The notes under the pieces are model-generated. The model saw only the letters and a list, made by a program, of their open reading frames with translations. It made no database searches and had not been told where the DNA came from. Of a DNA stretch of 64,000 nucleotides, positions 43,290 through 56,490 are shown in pieces; the stretch's first letter is position 1, and each line of letters starts with the position of its first letter. Source of the stretch: Camelus dromedarius (taxonomy: Eukaryota); NCBI RefSeq assembly GCF_036321535.1, contig NC_087447.1, forward strand, positions 39,558,001 through 39,622,000, in the 5' to 3' direction. Made by a program: the position numbers and the translations under genes.

Positions 43290-43520
43290 TAGAATACTGG
43301 CTAAACGTCCAGGCTTGAGTTTTAAAGACACAAGTGTTAATCTCTAATCCATCAGATATTAACTGTGTGACTGTAGGGAAGTTACTTCACCTCTCTGTTT
43401 CCTCATGTATCAGACAGCACCTACCCTCATGGGGTTTTGTGAGGGTAAAATGAGATCATATCTATAAGTTGCTTTGCCCAGTACCAGCCACAGGGCAGGG
43501 CTCAAGAAATGTTACATTTT
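43290..43520 (+). mobile_element. MIR SINE
   Basis: aactgtgtgactgtagggaagttacttcacctctctgtttcctcat...gtgagggtaaaatgagatcat. Confidence 0.75.
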
Positions 43521-43705
43521 ATCAAAGGTAAGAGCCCATTAAGGTCCTTCTCTTCAGCTCCAGTAACCCCTGGAGTTTGAGGTCCAGAGCATCCACAACT
43601 ATTCAGGTCTCAAGTTCTACACAGTTGTCAGTAGAAATACTTTCTTAACCACAGGGCTGCCTGGTTGTTCTTCCCTAGGTCTGTGTTCATGCGGATTATG
43701 TGTCA

Positions 43706-43912
<207 letters not shown>

Positions 43913-44827
43913 TCACCTTAAACCCGACGCTCGCCTTCCCTGGGGCTCAGGCATTGGCAGGGCCCTACAAAACGGACAACCCAGGAGGGAAGGCCAACAC
44001 CCCCCGCCCATGGTTCAGGGGGAGCTGAGTCAGGCAGTGGTGGGTGCTGACCGAGGATCCCGGAAGCACAATGCACATGGCTCCTCATAAACCCAGCGCC
44101 AGCCCAGGTTAAGGGCTGTGGCGTGAGGATACCTAATCCTGGACAAAGGGGCCCTGCTGGCGACCAAGGCAAGAGTGGAAGGGGAGCTGGCAAAGGTCTC
44201 CTGGTGAGGCAGGGAGGAGTGGGCACTTCTTGGGTTGGTCCATCTCTTCCTAAGACCATGGTCACCTGCACTGTGGAACAGCCTCTTGGAATGCTCTGTG
44301 GTGCTGGAGCAGAGGGACACGTGAATGCATCTCAGGCTGGGGACTTTATAATGCAGACAGTCCCACGTCTGTGTGTGTGTGGGCTGGGAGGAAGCTGGCG
44401 GGCCGGCCAGGTTCATGTTTCCTAGTTGGGCTTCGCGTAAGCTCTCCTTTAAAGAAAGGGTATTAGGTACAGAATATATTTTGCTAAGAAAGGGTGAATA
44501 GAACCCTGTCTGCCCTTAAGACTGAGACTGCCCAATGTGGCCCGTTTATAACAAGGCAGGAACCACAGCAACCCCTTCCAAGGATGACCCAGGGTCATGA
44601 ATGAAAGTGATCAGGCTTCCTGTTTCTTTAAAAACCCATCAGAAGAGCTCTCAGGAGATGACTGACGGGCATGAGGACCCAGCAGAGGACACCTCTGTGG
44701 CCCTCCTGGGTCCCGGCTAACCCTGCCTTAAGGAGGGTGGCAGCGAGAAGGGGGCGTCCAGGGCTCTTCAAGTGAGGGGGAGATGTGCGGCTGTGTAATA
44801 AAGAGATACGGTCCTGCAGACACTCAC

Positions 44828-44889
44828 CTGGAATGGGGGCTGTGACCGCTGGCTGGATGGGGTAGGCCTGCTGCACGAAGGGCTTGACG
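44828..44889 (-). CDS. TEAD1: TEAD1 coding exon, 62 nt: (D)VKPFVQQAYPIQPAVTAPIP(G)
   Basis: tcctctgtctccag|C GTC AAG CCC TTC GTG CAG ... ATT CCA G|gtgagt. Overlaps ORF 44628..44876. Confidence 0.96.
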
Positions 44890-45738
44890 CTGGAGACAGA
44901 GGATGGAGAGAGTCAGAAACCATGTCTGTAGCAACAGCTACTCCCCAGGCCAGGCCCTGGCCTCCCAGGGCTGGGGACCCACCTGGGGTCCTCCCACTGT
45001 AAGGGTCCCTGCCTGCAGGAAGTAGCACAGACCATGCAGAGACAGTTCTGTCTCCAATGTAGAGGGGCCAGCAGGGTGCTGGGACCACACCAGCAAGTCT
45101 CATGCCGGTTCAGTAGGACGAGACAAACAGACAAGCTGCACAGGCAGCCTCACTTTCCCCTGCCGTCGTATCTACCTCTCACCCCCTCTTCTCTCCCTGC
45201 AGAGACTGAGGTCAGCGGTCGCCATTTCCAGCCAAGGTTCAGGATGTGTTTCAGGCTCTCCTTCTCTAGGCCCTATAGCTCAAGTCCTTCTGAGAATACA
45301 TGGGCAGGATTTCCTTTCTACTTTTATGCCCAGACCGCCCTTATCTTCCGGCTTACTGAGCTTGCTTCCTTTGCCCTCAAAGCATCAGCAGGACTCTGTT
45401 ATCAGCTGCCCCCACCGCAGCAAAAGCCAGAATAAAATGGGTATAGGGTGACCTCCGCTGCCCTCTCTCGGGCAGGCACTTTTGGGAGGATTCCAGGCTC
45501 CGCCATTCAAAGCCACGAAGGGCTGGAGACTCCCTTCCTGTTTCCAGCTGCGTAACCACTAATACTGCTCCCACGAAGGCGGAAGTGAGGTGTTTACACG
45601 TCTCCCGTCTCCCGGATCCGAGCAGTCTCTTTCCGGCTACTGGGCTCAGTAGCTAACTCTACCCTGGGGGCATGGGGCGGGGGGGGGGGCACTGTGAACG
45701 ACCCCTTGTTGTCAGTGCCGGCCCCTCCTCAGACTTAC

Positions 45739-45785
45739 TCTTGTGAGGATCCAGGCTGCCCTGTTTGTATCATTCCCGGCCAGAA
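45739..45785 (-). CDS. TEAD1: TEAD1 coding exon, 47 nt: FWPGMIQTGQPGSSQ(D)
   Basis: ttttgccttccag|TTC TGG CCG GGA ATG ATA CAA ACA GGG CAG CCT GGA TCC TCA CAA GA|gtaagt. Phase joins the next exon. Confidence 0.96.
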
Positions 45786-46284
45786 CTGGAAGGCAAAATG
45801 CAAGAAGCTTCAGGGTTATGAGTTCACCTCAAAGCACAGTTCAGGGTGTCTATGCACCGCATCCCCTGCTAAAGACAGTGGGTTCAGATCATCCACCAGC
45901 TGCAGAGTGACTTTCCCTAAATGCAGATATGCTCACTGCTGTGCAGAAGACTGCAACCTATGGCTCCCTCTCACGCTTTCTCCAGATAATCTCCCTGAGG
46001 GCAGGGACCAGGCAGCAGGTGTTCTCCTGACACCCAGTGGAGATCTGGGCACACTGCAAGGGCTCACAAATAATTCACCTGCCTGCTTTATCGTGTGCCA
46101 TCCTTCTCCCCCTCCCCTCCATTTTGAAACACTCCGTGTAACATTCTGCCTCCACAGCTCACAGCACGGGGAGAAGACAAAGCTCAGAACAAGAGGCCAG
46201 GAGCTCTGAGCAACAGTGCAGACACCTCCCTTGCTGTGAGCTTTTCTGAGGTTTCTGGTGCCTGCTGACCCCCTGCAGGAGGCA

Positions 46285-46485
46285 TGATGTAAAGGGACTC
46301 GGACAGCCCTGGGTTTGAGTCCTGACACTGCTGTCCACGTGATTATGATCAAGTTACCCAAACCCTTGTTTTGTTGCTAATTAACCTCAGTTGTTTCATC
46401 TGTAAAATGGCAATAACAGTGGGAGGCATTTAAGATTATTGTGAGAATTAAATGAGATCATAACATTAAGCTTCTCAGCCCTTGG
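46285..46485 (+). mobile_element. MIR SINE
   Basis: cctgggtttgagtcctg...cctcagttgtttcatctgtaaaatggcaataacagt...gtgagaattaaatgagat. Confidence 0.75.
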
Positions 46486-46865
46486 CAGGAGCAAAATGAA
46501 AATGGTAATAGAATACTTTGTCCCTTTAGGGGCTAGTTGCCATAAAGTGACCCTGAGGACACAGGAACAGAGACCAAGGGCCAGAAAAAAGAGCAGAAGA
46601 GGCAGGTCACAACCCAGATGGGTGCCCCAAAGGTGATACACTTAAGGCCATGTCTTCAGAGGTAAGATCCTCCCCCTTCGTCCCCGCACCCCCAGATCCC
46701 TGTTTTCTTTCACAATGTTGCACCCAGCATCAGCATACCACAAGGTGGTAGCTCCCCTCTTACTCCTGACCCAATTAACAAGTGCCAGGTGGATGGCTTC
46801 CTGCTGGGCCATGCCAACCCCACGCGCCCAGGGGCCATCATTACCAGGACCAGATTGTGACTTAC

Positions 46866-47000
46866 CCCCGGTGCCCCCGGGAAGGTGGGGCGTGGAATCC
46901 CAGGCAGCCCCAGCTTGTTGTGAATGGCCGTGGCCGAGACGATCTGGGCTGACGACATGGCGGCCATGTGCTGTAGGGCCTTATCCTTTGCAGTCTGATC
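46866..47000 (-). CDS. TEAD1: TEAD1 coding exon, 135 nt: DQTAKDKALQHMAAMSSAQIVSATAIHNKLGLPGIPRPTFPGAPG
   Basis: caccttcaag|GAT CAG ACT ... CCG GGG|gtaagt. Contained in ORF 46710..47024. Confidence 0.97.
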
Positions 47001-47809
47001 CTTGAAGGTGACAGTGACACACACACTTAATACACAGTGCGTGGCTACCAGGCAGCTTAAACAGCACAGCCACGAGCACGGGGACTAAAATACAGAGCCA
47101 CAAGAGAGGCCGGAAAAGCAAACATGCACTGATAAATAAACACAGCCAGAAGGCTAAAACACACTCAATCTACCATAACACTGAACAGTTACTGAGAACA
47201 CCCAGTGGCAAGGTTTTTAAAAACAAAAATTTTTTTAATCCGTTTTCCAACAGAATGGGAAGACTCTGAGAAGAGTGGACAATGTATTTATTTTTCCAGC
47301 TTCCAAAGGGAGCTGTCTCCAGTCACTTAATACACTCAAGGAAAGAAAGAGAGGCCCTGCTTTCAAGCACACAGCTGGGATGAGGGGCGAGAGAAGAGGC
47401 GTGGTTGTGGGTCTGGGGTAGGAACCTCCGCAGAGGGCGGGGAGGCCCGTCTGTGTGCGCTGTCCCGGAGCCACAGTCCTGGGGCTGCTGGACTCATGCG
47501 CAGCCTGGGGGCCCTGCAGACAGCTGGTGGGGGGGGGGTGCTCAGAAGCAGCGGGGCGGCGGGCGGGCAACGACGGGCCAAGCAGCATGCTTGCGGGGGG
47601 CATGCTTTCTCAGGATCCCCGCCTGGGTCGAAGACCACGCGGGTTCTTTCTATAGCCGAGGACACAGGGGACACTACCAGGTAAGTGGCTTCTCCTTTTC
47701 CTAAATGGGTCTTTTCTAGAAAAGCCAAGGCTGATGACACAAAGCTAGCCAAAAAGTCTGCCAAGCAACAGCTAAAATACAGAATGCTCAATTTGGTGAA
47801 AATACTTAC

Positions 47810-47821
47810 CATGCTTGTTAC
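47810..47821 (-). CDS. TEAD1: TEAD1 12-nt microexon: VTSM
   Basis: tttattgttgtatccag|GTA ACA AGC ATG|gtaagtat. Consensus donor, frame-preserving, lies between ...KLK and DQTAK..., where I recall TEAD1 isoforms carrying a VTSM insert. Confidence 0.9.
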
Positions 47822-50800
47822 CTGGATACAACAATAAACAATTTGTTAAAAGAATTGCGTACAAAGGTAGGGTTATTTTTCTTCTTAGTTAAAAAATATA
47901 GATGAATACAAACACATGATATTTGAGTACAATAAAATGCACAGGAGTGTGGGGTTTTTTTTTCTTCCACATTTCAGAGGAAATGTGTGACCCAGATAAC
48001 TGTCTAGAAGGGCAACTACCAACAACCCCAACTCCCAACTCCCTCAAGCTGGTTCTGTGGCTTCCCCAGTACAGATGGAGACATGGTCAGACCCCTGGTG
48101 TGTGACAGGCCCTGATGGTGCAGGCCGGGCTCACGCTTGGCACACATGCCAAGGCTCCTGGCTGCTGGCAGAAGGTCTGTACAATCTCTACCAGGCCCAG
48201 ACTCCATCAAAGAGGAACAAGGTAAAAGGAGTGCTCTCCACAGCTGCCATTCAGAGTTCAGACAGTGAGTGAAGGTCAATGGGAGCTTCAGGCGGAGACA
48301 CTGAGTACCAGCTGATAAGTGGCTTCAGTGTTTGCAGATTTACCCAAAGGTGATGAATAAACATGCTGAGGTGCCAAAGTCAAGGCCAAAAGTAGGGGGG
48401 GGGGGGGAATAATCACAGCCTACAAGACAAAGTACACTGGGGAGTTCTAAGGATGATCAATCAGGTGCCCCCAAGGAGATACCACTTTGCCCCATAACTG
48501 CCAGGAACATCATGTGAATTTTCAAAAACACTTAATATTAACCCTTGAAAAATAACCTAACTCTTGCATAAATTTTTATATTTTATATGTTTCTCTGGCT
48601 TTCAGCAGAAAAAATTATGAGCCTCATCTACCGGTTGTTTGGGGATACACATGGTCAAGACTATCTGTAAGGCATAGGCTGCAGCTGAAGGACACCACGG
48701 AGGCCTCAGGTGCCTGCAGGATTACCGGTCCCCAGTTCTAGAGTGATGCCTTTGCTGCCTCTGGTCAGATGGCATTCCTCAAGGTGAAGCTCCATTTGCT
48801 AATCTGCTGAATGCTCTAACCTAAAGCTAGCTTCCTCTGAGAACCTTTTTTAAAAGATGTGGAACATTTCAGTCACTGAGATGCCAGGAAAAATGACAAA
48901 TTTTGAAGTCAGTGGAATTCTGGGATAAACGGACTACGTGTGTGCAAATACCCTATAGCAAAACTGAGCTGGACACACACAGATCTCAGTGCCCATCAGT
49001 CTTCCCTTGGCTGGTCCCACGGTTCCACCTGTCCCACCATCCCCTCTGAGGGTAATCCAGGTGTAATCAGCGGAAACCACGGCTCAGCCACACTTACTCC
49101 CTCCTCCGTCAAGAGCACCCTGACATCAGTACCAGCTCATGGGTTTCTCGTTGGACCAGTTACCTTGGACTTCAGCCCCCACGCCATCTAACCCCTAATC
49201 AGAGATCATCAGCGCCCTCAAGGTGGTTTCCGAACCTGAAGGGATACCTATGCCAAGGTGGTAGGAGTAACCACAGGCGTGTTCCCCAATGAGCTTTAAG
49301 CCTTAAGACCTTGCCAGGGCTCAGGCAGGGGGAGCCAAGGAAATGGCAGCCCAGGCTTCTGGCCTGCCTGGCTAATGCACACTCAGGAGTAACTACAAAG
49401 GAGCCATGGGCTTGGCTCTATTTCAAAAGTACGTCATGAAGCCTGAGGGTGTTTATGGAATGCTGATGACAGGGGTGGTTCTGCTCACCCAAATACAAAG
49501 TGTGTCTGTGCACACTTGGGTGGAGTGACCAGGAATCATTAAGTCCAGGTGCAAATGGAAATAAGGCCCTACATCTCCACGATCCACTCTCATTCTCTTA
49601 GAGTCGCTGGAGACGCTTCCCTTTGCTAGGCTGATTGAAAAGGTCTTCAGAATGTTCACAGAAGTTTGATCCTTTTCTAACAGGGAAATCAGTAAATGAG
49701 CAAAGGAGAAATGTCACCACCTTGCTGTTGATGTCACGTAGCTTCAGATACACAGCTTCAGAATATGGCCTTTTTCTTCTGTCAATATAGTCAGGTTTGA
49801 CTCTCCTATTACCCAGCACTGCACCAGGTACCCAAATGAGAACACAGGTTCAAAAGCAGGAGAGCAAGTCAATTGCTTCTTACTGCACCAACTTGCTCTG
49901 GGTCAATAAAACGCCTATCTGCTGGGGAGGCTGGACTCCTGGTTCCAAACCTGACTTCTACCTGACATTAATGGGCTGTATTACTTTGGACATGTCACTT
50001 AGCACTAATTTTCTTCATCTACAAAGGTAAGAGTTCCACTTTATTCTCTAAAGATCTTCTGGTTCTAAAAGTATTTGCACCTCTGAGTGTGAGTTCCATT
50101 ATAAGCAAATACATCTTAATACATATAGCCAAAAAACCACTAGTGAAAAGATAGCAGGATGGTAAAATCTAGGCAGCTCTCAGCCGCCTGTCCTAATAGA
50201 GAGAAAGCCAAGTGCGGAGAGAAAATTTCATCTCAAGTAGAGGTTTTTTCTGCACTTGACCTACCTATTTGAGAATAGGCAATTTTCTACAAATGGACTA
50301 AAATGTCTACACCAGTGATTTCTTGCCTTTTGTAGTGGAGACACACTCATTACTCATTTAATTCTGTAACGTCTCCTTTCTATCTATGACATACATTGTA
50401 AAACTAAGAAGATTATAACTTTTGGCTTAAAATCTAAAGTAACCCTGCAAATATTAAGTATCACCAGGGAAATCTCTAAATCAGAACTGAGAGCTCGGCT
50501 GTAGACCTACTTATCCTGAAATGGGAGTACAGAAGGACACTGAGCTGAGAGAGTCAATGGAAGGATCTCTAAATTGTCATTTTCAGCCTACATGCCTGGC
50601 TTTGAAGAAATTATAACTCTCAGTGTCACACCTGAGTAAATGGCTTCTGGGTGTCACTCTAGTCTAATATCCTGGACTTGTAAACATTCTACTTCATCCA
50701 CACCACTCACCCCCAGAATAAATGGGGGGGGTGTTAATCTATTCAAACAACGGTAGCTTAAGCTTAAATAAAGTAAAAAATACATGCTACATTTGTACAC

Positions 50801-53800
50801 CACATTAATTTCATTCTAAGATGTTTTCACACTAGTATTTCTGAGATGTGGAAGAGATTTACAAAGGATGAGCACACTGTTTTATCTAGAAAAATTGTTC
50901 TCAGGTCAAGACCGAGTTATCTTCTACGATGTCTTGGATTACAGGAAATCCTCTGGGTGTGTGCATGTGTACATATGAGCATGCACGAAGAAAAATGCGT
51001 CACAGGAAAGAGCTTGGACAACTTCGTTTTTACTGATTTTAAGCCCCTCTATCCCTGAGACTACAAAGAATGAGGCCACAAAAGGCTGAATGTTTGGGGA
51101 GTGGGGGGAAAAAGGCAAATCTCCCCTTTCCAATGAAACCCTAACTCAAGTCCATACCCTGGAATGTGGACAGTATGTATGGAGCAGGAAGCATGGGTCT
51201 AAGACTGCCGATAGAGGGCAAGAACAAACGGCCATCTGACCGAGAACAAGGGCAGGTGAAGCTCCAACCTGGGTGCAGGTCTCAGCACCCACCCGACTTT
51301 CTTCCTGCACAATTCCTGGCACCCCATGCTGTCAGTGGCCTCACTACCTCAGCCTCATGGGGTCCAGCAGGCTGTGGCATGCATGAACTCCTCAGCATGA
51401 AGCCTTTCAAACTGTTATTGTTACTAAGTAAACAGGTTTTCATATTTCATGAAGTAGAACAAGGCTGACACTACGACTCTGGGCTCAGCTGACTGCCTCC
51501 TTTCTATGGCTGAAATGTACACAACGTTTGGAAAATGTCTTGGTGTAATATCCATGGCAGGAGGGCAGCCTATCAGATGCACATGGCTGGAGGAGGGTGC
51601 TCTTCAAACTCAAGGACATTTCACGAATCAGTCTCTGAATGGTATGGGGCTTGTCCTCCTCTGTTTCCTCAGCTTTTGGTTATTCAGGGGAATCGATTAT
51701 TTCATAACTTTAAGGCATTAACCATAAACAAATTTTAAAGATAATATACTAAAAGATCACCTGCTTGCATATACAATATTATAGTGGCCATATGTGAAAT
51801 CTGAATGAACTAGTATACTAAATCAATATCCTCCTATTTATTCTGGGGCCATCATTTCAGAATGTAAAGACTAATTAATTCATATGGAAGTCCACAATAC
51901 ATCAGGAAAGATATGTAAAGTGAAGAAAAAAAAAAAAGACCATGGAGTCAAAAACTCTTGACAGCTATTAAATGTTTTTCTCCAAATATACTTTTCTCAG
52001 CAATATAAAAATATAGTGCAAGAGAGGAAAGATAGCAATTTGCTTGAAAAATCACTCTTTCAGAAAAAAGACAAAACGCAGAATACTTTCCTAAGAAGTG
52101 ATTTTGCAGATGTTGTTTCTAATCTTGCTCTATCTGGATTCACATGACCTCTGCAATTATCAGCAGTAGCTCCTAAGTAGATCAACATAACAAAGGTCTA
52201 TGATGGTTTTGGAGAAAGGACGGAGGGCACTTGAATTTTCCTAGCCATGATCTCTAATTTGCTTATTATTAGAGAAAGCAGGAGTAAATACAAAAGGGCC
52301 TATTTTGGTCGGGCAACAGCTAATGCCGAGGGAGAAGGCACATTCAAACTTCTCCTGACTTGCCGTGTAATGAGTAGCAATTAATTCATCTTATTGTATT
52401 TCCAAACGCCAAAGACTCCATTCACATCAAAGAAAAATTTTTCAAGGCTTTTACCATTGTCCATTTTTAAATGTACTGGGCTATATTTAGCATTTTATGA
52501 TTGTCAATAGTGTTTCCTTTAATTCTGATGGGGTGCTCAGCACCATAAAGGATTGCAGACGAAGAGCCAGGTGATTCGTTGGTGTGCCTCATGACTCTCC
52601 TGCAGGAAGCCTGGGATTCAGGTCAGCTAAAGCCAGGTCTGGGTACTGGAGAGAAGGCACCCTTCAGACCTTAGCCTCTTCCCCCTGGGAGGTGACAGCA
52701 AGAGGAAGGAGACATATCTCCCCTTGAAAAGAGTGCCAGCTCCCACCACTCATCTTCTCTGTTTAACTCAAACTACAGACACAATGAAAACAGCTCAGTT
52801 GAGGGAGACAATGCAAAAGCATCTTGATCCAGGGCAGCGAGCCCTCATCTTCATCTTCAACCAGCAAGCACCCTGTAAGGAGGCAGCATGAACTTGGGCT
52901 GTGGTGCCAGAGAGCCCTGGGATCAAATTAAGACTTGTGACCTTGGGTGGAGTCCCTGAGCCATTCCAAGCCTCTGCTTCCTTATTTGCAAAGTGAGCAC
53001 AAGAGCACCCACCCTCAGGAGGGCTCTGAGAACTGCATGGAGCACTTTGCACAATGGACTTGCAGTCTATGGGGCCCACATGACCGACCACCCAGGCTCA
53101 AGCGTGCTCGAGACCTAAAATGCACAGGAGCCCTGGTCCTGAGTACATAACCTCTGGACTCAGTATGAGGCTAGGGCACTGCTCACAGTGGAAGCTGCTT
53201 AACAACGGGATTTCTCTGGGAAGGATGAAAATGTAGAGTGAGGCTGTTTCTGTTGTCCCTAAAAGAAAAAATCCAGACCTGGCTCAGTTCACATTGGAAG
53301 GTAAATGCAGTCGGTCCTCCAGCTTACACTGCAAGGTTTGCGTCATCACACCGTCAATGGGAGGCTCTGATTCCATCACATCCAGGCACGAGAAATTCAG
53401 TGTCTCCAGTCTCAGTTTTAACCCGGTTAAATTAAAAACGAGGTAATGAAAATATTGTTGAGGAGAAAGGGTACATGTCATGAATGCAAAAGAACTCCCC
53501 GAAGATTGGGGGATGCCAGGAAAGGCGGTGCATCACTCCCCGAATCCTGCGACAAGGCCAAGTGTCTTGGTGCTGGCGCGGAGACAAAGAAGGTGCTTGT
53601 TTCAGGCTTCTTTTGCCTTGTGTACTGCTGACAGCCAGCGTTTGAAGGAGCAAAGTGGCTCAGAGGGCCATGGGGAGCATCACTGGATGAAGTGAAGCGT
53701 GTCTTCCCTGTGGACAGGCCCATCCTGGATGGAATCCGTGGTGACACAGCTGGGATTCAGCAGTGTGGATGCAGCAAAGCCCCAGCAAAGTTCTTGAACT

Positions 53801-55989
53801 CCTCAAGAGAATTAAATCAACAATTTGAACTTTAAGCTCTCTGCTTATTGGAAGGAACAGCAGATTGGAAAGAATGGCCTGTTCAGAAATCAAATCACAA
53901 AGGCCACCAGGGCGAGAATGAAGAAAATGGCCCCGGGGAGCACATGGAGCTCGTAAATTAGTCACCAACGACTGGACACAATCAGAGGAACTCAGGCCTT
54001 TTTCTGCTCTGCTGGGATGATGCAGTGTCAGCAAGTACAGGCTTTTCTTCAACACAATCCCGAGCTTGACATGAATACGTCTCCTGCCGAAGATGTACTC
54101 CTGCCAAGGCTGGGGCAGAACGAAGACTCCCTTTGCTCTGAGCGCTGTCCTGTCCGGAGCCATGCACTCCCCAGAACACGCCCTAGACCAGAAGTTGCCT
54201 GGTCCATCTTCAGGGGAAGAAGAGGGTGGTCCACGTATGGCGGTGGTCTGCAGAGATTGGCTGCAGCTCCCACAAGCCTCTAAAGCCAGCAAACAAAGGA
54301 CTGCCTGCCTTTCTGCTGCTATCAGGGAAAGGCGGCTTCTGGGCAGGGACTGGACAAACTCTCAGGACAAACGCACATACAGAGACTCAGAGCAGGAAAC
54401 TGAGTAGGAATGAAAGACTGCTTAATGCATGGAGACTATTTCTGCATTCTTTCTCCATGCTGGGATAATAAATCCCTGGAACTTGGAGAAAAAAAAAAAA
54501 GTCAATGACCTTTTAATGAATTAATGGTAAGTGAAATAATTCAAAGTAGGAAATTTTTTCTAAAGTTGCAGGCCAGTCCTCAGACCGTACCACACAACAT
54601 CTTCTCAGACAGACAGCTGCCTCTCACCACTCAACTGGAGATTCCAATGAGGGGCAAAACTAGGGGAAAGGGGGAGATGGAAGATAACAGATAAAACCGT
54701 GTGGGTGGCACTGCTGTAGATGCAGCTGGTGACACAAGGTCCAAGGGAGATCTCCGAGGTAGCATCCTTGGAATTCCTCAAGGCAGGCGCCACAGACCCA
54801 CAAGCCACTTGCGTGTTGTAATTCCACGGGTCCATCTTCTACTTTCTAACTAGAACCAGGCACCTGAAGAAGGGTGGGCCCAAAGGATTTTGCCTGGGCA
54901 GGGGCCAGATGGGTGGTACTCTCATCACCAAGAAGTCGTTCTCTTCTAGACCAGCAGTTATCACACGCTGACTTGTCTCTTAGACACTTCAGTGTCTTCA
55001 GACACTTCACTGAAAGTATATGTTCGACGGCCAAACTCCTGGCACTCTGGCCACAAAAGCCTTGCGTTTCCAATCCATCATCGGGCTCCCGAATCTCACC
55101 TGCACTTTGCTGACCCCTCCACCTCTTCCCGCTACTGTCCCAGTTTCTCTGCTCCTGGTTCCTGGTCTCCTCCCATCACTCTCTGACCTCTTCAACTGTC
55201 CCCTAGTTTTTCTTGTCCCTTGCATCTCTCTTCTATGGTTGGAGTCTGTGTCCAAGGCCATCCCAAATTGCTGGCCAAGTCTACCCCGGCTCAGGCCACA
55301 ATAAACTGTGGAGGAAAAGTCTCATGTTGGTGCCAACGGCTTCAGTACAAATTCATGGTAGACAATGGGTGAAAGTCTAGATTACTTTTAGGATAAGGGC
55401 AAAAGGAGAAGCGAGAGCTTTACACTGGATTTGATTTCCTCAGGGAGATACTAAGTGGCAAGGAAAGACTAATGGAGAAGGAGGGGTGGGAAGAGGGAGA
55501 CCGAGACTGGTCAGGGAAGGAGAGTAGGTAGAGTAGAGGAAATCAGAAAAAGTAAGAATAAGCTTTGTTGTTTGATTTCCTTCACTTAAAAAAAAACTTA
55601 GAGGAAATATAATGAAAATAACCATTTCTGGATAGTACAAACATGAATGTGTAATATGTCATTCTCTTATTATGTCATGTAATTATTAACTTTTTGTTAT
55701 ATTTAAAAAATAGCAACAAAAACAATAATTAATTCTGATGTACACTCTCAATTAACCGCCATTACTCGAAGAGAACCCAGACTTTAGTAACTATAGTTAC
55801 TTTATAAAAACAATGAGGAAGAAAGAGTACACAGCCATCGGAGTGGACTGGAGCAGGGGCCCAGGGCTGTGTGGCTGGCGCCTGGTCCGGGCCCCCACCT
55901 CTCTCCCAGAGTCTCTTACAGCAGCCTCTGAATCGGTCTCCCCCACTCCTAGATACCCTCTGAAAATGGCTGAAGAGATATTTCCAAAT

Positions 55990-56490
55990 CATAAATGTGA
56001 CCGACCCCTGTGGGCTCCCCATGCTGCCAGATGAACCTCGCTCCTCAGTGGGATGACCCACTTCCTGTTAGGCTCCTCCTGTCCCCTTTCCCATTTCCCA
56101 CCTCTGGCTCGACAGTGTCCATGGTTCCTCCAAACACCACCCCTGCCCGTTCTCCGTGGGAATTCTCTGCCTCCCTCTACGCTCAGTTCTGACGGCACCT
56201 CCTCCCTGGGGCTTTCTTTAGTTCTCCCACACTTGGAATTCATCACTCTTTTCCCTGCACGGTCTTTGCACTCCTCTGTTAAATTTCTACTACACAGCTC
56301 CCTAGCTGGGGACAATCTACTAGAAATCTTGTATTTTCCCCAAATGTGGCCAAAAGAACAGAAAGGTTGAGTGTTCCCCAGGACACTGCGTATTCTGCTT
56401 ATTCACCTGTATATGCCCGGCACCTACCAAAGGGCCTAGAACACCTGGGCTCCCCATGGAATGGCTACTGGGCTGAATTAAGTAATCACT
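55990..56490 (+). mobile_element. L2 3' end remnant
   Basis: cacctcctccctggggctttc...cttattcacctgtatatgcccggcacct...gggcctagaacac...gctgaattaa. Confidence 0.55.

Noticed and set aside
53660..54292. 210-aa minus-strand ORF
   Set aside because: No domain or coding-like composition; length is attainable by chance in GC-rich intron.
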